Shown one piece after another: positions 59,079-64,000 of a stretch of DNA of 64,000 bases. The position numbers and the translations under genes were made by a program. Under the pieces are notes generated by a model. It was not told the origin of the DNA and made no database searches. It saw only the letters and a list, made by a program, of their open reading frames with translations. Source of the stretch: Clostridia bacterium (GTDB lineage: Bacteria; Bacillota; Clostridia; Oscillospirales; CAG-382). Location of the stretch: the NCBI GenBank assembly GCA_017620655.1, contig JAGAUT010000079.1, positions 3,635-67,634 of the forward strand, given 5' to 3'. Numbering within the stretch: the stretch's first letter is position 1; the number at the start of each line of letters is the position of its first letter.

Positions 59079-59114
59079 TTCGGAATGAGGAGTTCGGAAT
59101 GAGGAATTCGGAAT
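59079..59114. repeat. Short tandem repeat, 14-bp unit x about 2.6
   Basis: TTCGGAATGAGGAG TTCGGAATGAGGAA TTCGGAAT. Confidence 0.8.
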
Positions 59115-59150
59115 TAATATAAGAATTTGTAAAACGTATTTCTTCAATAT

Positions 59151-59189
59151 AAAAAAACAAAGCAGGCATTCACTACCGAATGTCTGCTT
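59151..59189 (-). terminator. Terminator after XRE gene
   Basis: AGCAGGCATTC...GAATGTCTGCT hairpin with T-run on the minus strand. Confidence 0.65.
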
Positions 59190-59430
59190 ACTTTATTTCC
59201 TGCTCTAAATTCTTGAAAACATCTGCGTTAAAGAAATCCTGTATTGTTAATCCTAAGCCGTCGCATATCTTTTTTATCGTTGAAACGGTGGCACTGTTAT
59301 TTCGTCCGCTTGTGATATTACTGAGTGTTGATTGAGTAATTCCGCAAATCGTGGACAATTTATTTACTGTAATCCGTTTTTCTTCACAAAGCTGTAAAAT
59401 CCTCTGTCGCGTTGCTTCTCCTATATTCAT
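59188..59430 (-). CDS. XRE/Cro-C1 helix-turn-helix regulator
   Basis: TVNKLSTICGITQSTLSNI...TVSTIKKICDGL...DFF. Confidence 0.9.
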   Translation of the reverse strand: MNIGEATRQRILQLCEEKRITVNKLSTICGITQSTLSNITSGRNNSATVSTIKKICDGLGLTIQDFFNADVFKNLEQEIK

Positions 59431-59470
59431 ATCAAACTCCTACAAAACTGTTATACTACAATTCTATCCA

Positions 59471-59529
59471 TTTTGAGTTAAAATAGTTAACCCTTTTGAG
59501 TTGACAAATGCAAATTGCTATGATATAAT
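59471..59529 (+). promoter_or_regulatory. Strong sigma-A promoter with overlapping direct repeats
   Basis: TTGACA(59501)-17-TGnTATAAT(59524); TTTTGAGTT at 59471 and 59494. Confidence 0.7.
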
Positions 59530-59552
59530 TGTAAAAAAAAGGAGGAATTTGT

Positions 59553-60155
59553 ATGGGGAAAAGTTATAAAGCTTGGAGTAAAGAACTGGGAACAGTTTAT
59601 ATAGAGGAGGATTCTGGCATTGATACCCGTGGAAATGAGAACAAAAGCAATTATCTTAATCAACTGTTGCGCCAGTTAGGTCCTGTTGATGATTACTCTG
59701 ACTACAAAAGGCAGAAGCATATAAACCAAAAGGAACTCATTTTACAAAAAATGACTGAAGACGAAAAAGCAGACTATGAAAAACACTTAAAATCTTTTGA
59801 GGACGAAATAACTGCTTTGGTTAACAAGTGCAAAGAAATTGAAAAAGTGATTAACAGACGACTGAAATTACGAAGTTTTTTACCTGTTATTATTGCAATC
59901 CTTTTGTGGTTCCCTCGGATTATCTCAAATTTGAAAGTTCTTGATGTTGGAAGTATTGTTGGAAGTATTGTTTTAATCTGGATTACCTATTTCATTATTG
60001 AAAAAATTTTCTCTTCATCACTGTTCTATAGACTATTCATATTTCCTTTGAACGTAGAAACAGCAACAATCAAAAGCAAAATTGATATAATCAAAACTAA
60101 ATCAAGAGACTATATTTACAACTATACTACCGAATTCATATCACCATATAATTAA
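59553..60155 (+). CDS. Hypothetical protein with coiled-coil and two TM helices
   Basis: GGAGG RBS; two hydrophobic segments; AT-rich. Confidence 0.7.
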   Translation: MGKSYKAWSKELGTVYIEEDSGIDTRGNENKSNYLNQLLRQLGPVDDYSDYKRQKHINQKELILQKMTEDEKADYEKHLKSFEDEITALVNKCKEIEKVINRRLKLRSFLPVIIAILLWFPRIISNLKVLDVGSIVGSIVLIWITYFIIEKIFSSSLFYRLFIFPLNVETATIKSKIDIIKTKSRDYIYNYTTEFISPYN

Positions 60156-60179
60156 CGGAGAGGTCACCCTCTCCGTTTT
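60154..60179. terminator. Bidirectional terminator
   Basis: AACGGAGAGG-TCAC-CCTCTCCGTT between convergent genes. Confidence 0.8.
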
Positions 60180-60180
60180 A

Positions 60181-61038
60181 TTATTTCTTATTGAAATTCA
60201 ATTCACTTACAATACAAGCTCCGAGTATCAGCACCGCACCCACGACACCCGACACCGTCATTGGTTCTTTTAGCAGGAACACCGACAGAAGTATCGCAAA
60301 TGCAGGGTCAATGTAACTATAGATTGCCACCGTTTCACTCGGAAGATGGTTCATTGAAGAAAAGTAAAGATAATATGTAAGTCCCGTGTGAAGAAAACCG
60401 ACTACTACAAGCATAATTATTGCCTTTATGTCAACATTTCCTGTCGGCTGCATGCCTACTATAAGATTATAGGGTGTAATCACAACTGCCGCCACAAAGA
60501 GCTGAATAAGTGTGCTGTCATATGCAGATATGTCCTTCAAAAATCTGTTTGTCAAAACAACAGACGTATAAAGAACTGCTGCCGCAAGTCCCAGGGCAAC
60601 ACCTGTAAGGCTTACCTCTTGTTCTCCCGACAGAACACCCGATACAAGCACCATACCGACAAGTGCCACGGGTACGCAAAGAATCTTTTTTGCAGAAAGC
60701 TTTTGTTTCAGCACAAATGGCGTTAGCACTATCAAAAGCACCGGCTCCATGTAGTAGCAAAGTGTTGCCACTGCAACGGAGGTGTAGTTATATGCTTCAA
60801 ACAGAAATATCCAGTTTATGCCTATTGCCGCACCCGAAATTATGAGCGGCAGGGCGTTTTTCTTTATTGCAAAGGCTGACGGCTTTTTACCCGAAATCAG
60901 CATTACAAAAAGTAGAAATGCCGCACCCATAAAACCTCTTGCCATTGCAATAGTGCTTGAAGTAAGAGGTATATATTTTACAAATACTCCTATCGTACCG
61001 AAAATCAGCATAGAAAGGGAAAGTTTTAGTTTGTTCAT
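60181..61038 (-). CDS. EamA/DMT family transporter
   Basis: 10 TM in two repeats; FEAYNYTSVAVATL, YSYIDP. Confidence 0.9.
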   Translation of the reverse strand: MNKLKLSLSMLIFGTIGVFVKYIPLTSSTIAMARGFMGAAFLLFVMLISGKKPSAFAIKKNALPLIISGAAIGINWIFLFEAYNYTSVAVATLCYYMEPVLLIVLTPFVLKQKLSAKKILCVPVALVGMVLVSGVLSGEQEVSLTGVALGLAAAVLYTSVVLTNRFLKDISAYDSTLIQLFVAAVVITPYNLIVGMQPTGNVDIKAIIMLVVVGFLHTGLTYYLYFSSMNHLPSETVAIYSYIDPAFAILLSVFLLKEPMTVSGVVGAVLILGACIVSELNFNKK

Positions 61039-61055
61039 TAAGATTCCTCAATAAA

Positions 61056-61085
61056 TATCCCCGCACTTAAACGGGGATTGTTTTT
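61056..61085 (-). terminator. Terminator after nadC
   Basis: ATCCCCG-CACTTAAA-CGGGGAT hairpin. Confidence 0.6.
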
Positions 61086-61929
61086 ATGAAATAGTAAACT
61101 TAAGGCTTATGTCTGCCGCCTTGACAGAATGTGTAAGTGCACCGATGGAGATAATATCAACGCCCGTCTTTGCAACAGCCGACAAGTCCTTGTCGCCCAT
61201 ATTACCCGAAGCTTCGAGCATTGCTCTGCCGTCTACGATTTTAACGCACTCAGCCATTTCTTCGTTTGACATATTATCAAGCATAATAATATCTGCCTTT
61301 GCCTCAAGTGCCTGCATTAGCTGGTCCTTGTTTTCAACCTCAACCTCAATCTTGATTGTATGGGGAGCCGCCTGTCTTGCATTCTTTACGGCATTGATGA
61401 TACCGCCGGAAACAGCAATATGGTTATCCTTAATAAGAATACCGTCGGCAAGGTTGAATCTATGGTTTGAGCCTCCGCCCACTCTTACTGCGTACTTTTC
61501 AAGAACACGCAATCCAGGTGTTGTCTTTCTGGTGTCTGCAATCTTTGCATTTGTACCCTCTACACACTTTACAGCCTCTTTTGTTCTTGTGGCAATACCC
61601 GTCATTCTCTGCATTAGATTAAGTGCTGTTCTTTCACCTGTAAGAACATTTCTTGCGTTACCCGTCACTTCCGCAATAACAAAGCCCTTTTTGACATAAT
61701 CGCCGTCATGACAGAAAGGTGTGAACTTTACGTCCTTATCTACTGTATGGAAAACAAGCTCTGCAACATCAAGACCGCAGATAACCATACTTTCCTTTGC
61801 TATGAATCTTCCCAAGGCTGTTTTGTCGGCAGGTATCGTTGTTTCTGTTGTTATATCACCCGTTCCTACGTCTTCATTAAGTGCTATATCAATAATCTGT
61901 GTAACAAGCGGATTTGTAAGCATACTCAT
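61084..61929 (-). CDS. nadC: Nicotinate-nucleotide pyrophosphorylase (carboxylating)
   Basis: EDVGTGDIT, ERTALN, DTRKTTPGLR, LIKDNH, IEVEV, MLDNM. Confidence 0.96.
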   Translation of the reverse strand: MSMLTNPLVTQIIDIALNEDVGTGDITTETTIPADKTALGRFIAKESMVICGLDVAELVFHTVDKDVKFTPFCHDGDYVKKGFVIAEVTGNARNVLTGERTALNLMQRMTGIATRTKEAVKCVEGTNAKIADTRKTTPGLRVLEKYAVRVGGGSNHRFNLADGILIKDNHIAVSGGIINAVKNARQAAPHTIKIEVEVENKDQLMQALEAKADIIMLDNMSNEEMAECVKIVDGRAMLEASGNMGDKDLSAVAKTGVDIISIGALTHSVKAADISLKFTIS

Positions 61930-61961
61930 ATGTATTTTCCTTTCTTTCGGACAGTCCCGAC

Positions 61962-63506
61962 TTACTTAACAATATAGTGCGAGCCGAGGCTTTCTTTTCT
62001 GGCAATGGCTTTTTCTGTAATGATAATCGAATTTGTAACGGCATTCCACAACCAATAGTGCTTCTGGGTTGTGAAATTGCAATCCTTATACTTCTCTTCT
62101 ATTTCACGAAGCTGTACCAATGCACTCTCCATTTTTTCCATTTTACGAAGGGCACCCACGTTCTTTGACATAAGTTTTTTCATTTCTGCAATATCTGCAT
62201 CAATTTCTGCTTCAGGAGGACAAGGCTTTGTATATTTTTCGGTTTTGGGAAGCGTAAAATCATAGTCCTTACAAGGTCTGAAGTCCCTATTAACCTGCTC
62301 TGCCGCACGTCTGCCGAAAACAAGACATTCAAGAGTAGAGTTACTTGCAAGTCTGTTTGCACCCTGCACACCCGTACAGGCAACCTCGCCGCAGGCATAA
62401 AGACCCGAAACTCCACACCTTGCATGAAGGTCTGTTTTTACTCCGCCCATATGATAGTGCTGGGTCGGTCTTACGGGTATTTTATCATGGGGGACGTTTA
62501 TACCCTCGGATTTACATTTTTCATATATCGTCGGAAAACGCTTTTTGAAGAATTCTTCCTCCATACCCGAAACATCAAGGTAAAGGAATTCGTCATCTGT
62601 TTTTTCAAGCTCAGCGAGAATATGTCTTGTTACAATATCCCTCGGTGCAAGGTCTCGAAGTGAATGTTTATTATACATGAACGGCTCATCGAACTTATTT
62701 TTAAGCACACCGCCTTCGCCTCTTACAGCCTCGGATATAAGGAACATTCTGCCGTCCTCTGCACCAACCGCAAGAGCTGTGGGATGAAACTGCACAAATT
62801 CCATATCCTTTGTGACAGCGCCTGCTCTGACACAGGCTGCAATACCGTCGCCCGTTGAATACTGAGGATTTGTTGTGTATTTATAAAGCTGACCGATAGC
62901 ACCGGTTGAAACAACAACGTTTCTTGAAAGAATCACACTGTTCTTTTCACCGTCATTTACAACAACACCGCAAACTCCGTTTTTGTCGGTAATGACATCC
63001 ACAAAATATGTATTGAAAAGAACATCTATATTGTCTCTTTCCGAAACGACCTCGCCAAGTCTCTTTGTCATGAGTCTGCCCGTTGCATCACCGCCGCAGT
63101 GAAGTATTCTCGAACGGTTATGTCCGCCTTCACGTGTTACAATTATCTCGCCGTTTTCATCTTTGTCAAAGGGTACTCCCATTTCTATAAGTTCCTTTAT
63201 GTCGGACGGGCCTTCCTTTACCAGCACCTCCACTGCTTTTTCATCACAGTGGCCTGCTCCTGCAGTAAGGGTATTCTGTATATGGTCTTCAAAGCAGTCA
63301 TCTTCTTTTGTAACTGCCGCAATACCGCCCTGTGCAAGCCAGGATGAGCCGATATCAAATCCACCCTTTGTAACAAGTGCAACAGACAATGACGGTGACA
63401 ACTTAAGCGCACAGTAGAGCCCTGCCATACCGGCACCAATAACAACCACATCATATGTGCCGCAAACGGTTATGTTTTCAAAATCCGAGAACAGATATCT
63501 TCTCAT
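61962..63506 (-). CDS. nadB: L-aspartate oxidase
   Basis: GAGMAGL, SWLAQGGIA, REGGH, QFHPT, LISEAVRGEG, LAPRDIV, GANRLASNS; adjacent to nadC. Confidence 0.95.
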   Translation of the reverse strand: MRRYLFSDFENITVCGTYDVVVIGAGMAGLYCALKLSPSLSVALVTKGGFDIGSSWLAQGGIAAVTKEDDCFEDHIQNTLTAGAGHCDEKAVEVLVKEGPSDIKELIEMGVPFDKDENGEIIVTREGGHNRSRILHCGGDATGRLMTKRLGEVVSERDNIDVLFNTYFVDVITDKNGVCGVVVNDGEKNSVILSRNVVVSTGAIGQLYKYTTNPQYSTGDGIAACVRAGAVTKDMEFVQFHPTALAVGAEDGRMFLISEAVRGEGGVLKNKFDEPFMYNKHSLRDLAPRDIVTRHILAELEKTDDEFLYLDVSGMEEEFFKKRFPTIYEKCKSEGINVPHDKIPVRPTQHYHMGGVKTDLHARCGVSGLYACGEVACTGVQGANRLASNSTLECLVFGRRAAEQVNRDFRPCKDYDFTLPKTEKYTKPCPPEAEIDADIAEMKKLMSKNVGALRKMEKMESALVQLREIEEKYKDCNFTTQKHYWLWNAVTNSIIITEKAIARKESLGSHYIVK

Positions 63507-63662
63507 ATTTTGCATTCCTTTCACAAATCAGCTAAAAAACCATATACTTATTTTATTATAACACTGTATTTTCAATATTACAAGAGTTTTTTCGACATAA
63601 AACAAATATTGATATATACGGCATTTCAATTCACACAAGCGTCCGTAAAAAGCAAAAAACTA

Positions 63663-63691
63663 TTGACTTTTAACGGATTTATTGGTAAAAT
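63663..63691 (+). promoter_or_regulatory. Sigma-A promoter of SNF transporter
   Basis: TTGACT-17-TAAAAT. Confidence 0.65.
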
Positions 63692-63743
63692 GTTAATAAT
63701 TAATACTAATGATACAAATTAGTAAAAAAGAAAGGATATTAAT

Positions 63744-64000
63744 ATGCAAAGAGAAAAATTCTCGTCACGTCTCGGATTTATTCTTATTTCCGCAGGCTGT
63801 GCAATCGGTCTCGGAAATGTTTGGCGTTTCCCCTACATTGTAGGTCAGTACGGCGGTGCCGCTTTTGTACTTATCTATCTTGTATTCCTCGCAATCTTCG
63901 GTCTTCCCATTATGACAATGGAATTCGCAGTTGGCCGTGCAAGCCAGCTCAGTCCCGTAAAGGCATTCAAAGAAATTGAGCCCAAGGGAACAAAGTGGCA
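63744..64000 (+). CDS. Sodium-dependent transporter, SNF/NSS family (5' part only; not in ORF track)
   Basis: MQREKFSSRLGFILISAGCAIGLGNVWRFPYIVGQYGGAAF; AAAGGA RBS. Confidence 0.92.
   Translation, partial: MQREKFSSRLGFILISAGCAIGLGNVWRFPYIVGQYGGAAFVLIYLVFLAIFGLPIMTMEFAVGRASQLSPVKAFKEIEPKGTKW

Noticed and set aside
59079-59114. CRISPR array
   Set aside because: Units are 14 bp and contiguous, with no spacers and no cas genes

Overview
Chromosomal window from a low-GC Firmicute, probably Clostridia (inferred from sigma-A promoters, GGAGG RBSs, Spo0A-type boxes and gene content). Left (1-9.6 kb): a minus-strand operon of lipoprotein > membrane-anchored vWA protein > 1222-aa divergent FtsZ/tubulin-like GTPase > large unknown protein that runs off the window and is absent from the ORF track. 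It is preceded by tandem 0A-box-like motifs and faces a divergent LCAT-type lipase. Middle (10.3-48.3 kb): two tandem, separately promoted Wzx/Wzy polysaccharide clusters. They share a near-identical promoter/leader, and each ends in an NTP_transf_5 nucleotidyltransferase. Cluster A (45.9-26.2 kb) is PglE/C/D-primed and carries an aldolase-glycosyltransferase fusion, Ldh_2, LicD, FnlABC and a nonsense-truncated GT. Cluster B (26.0-10.3 kb) is AATGal-primed with TviB/TviC-type HexNAcA genes (candidate zwitterionic polysaccharide). It also carries an acetyltransferase frameshifted at a T7 tract and a GlmU-like/galactokinase-like fusion whose motif points to uronic-acid (GalNAcA/GalA) salvage. 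Right (48-64 kb): GH78, DUF5131, MATE, rpmB, pcrA, a shortened GH116-like gene, queA, an XRE cassette, DMT, nadCB and a partial SNF transporter. No rRNA, tRNA, CRISPR array or IS element was recognised. All family calls come from motif recognition, not database searches.
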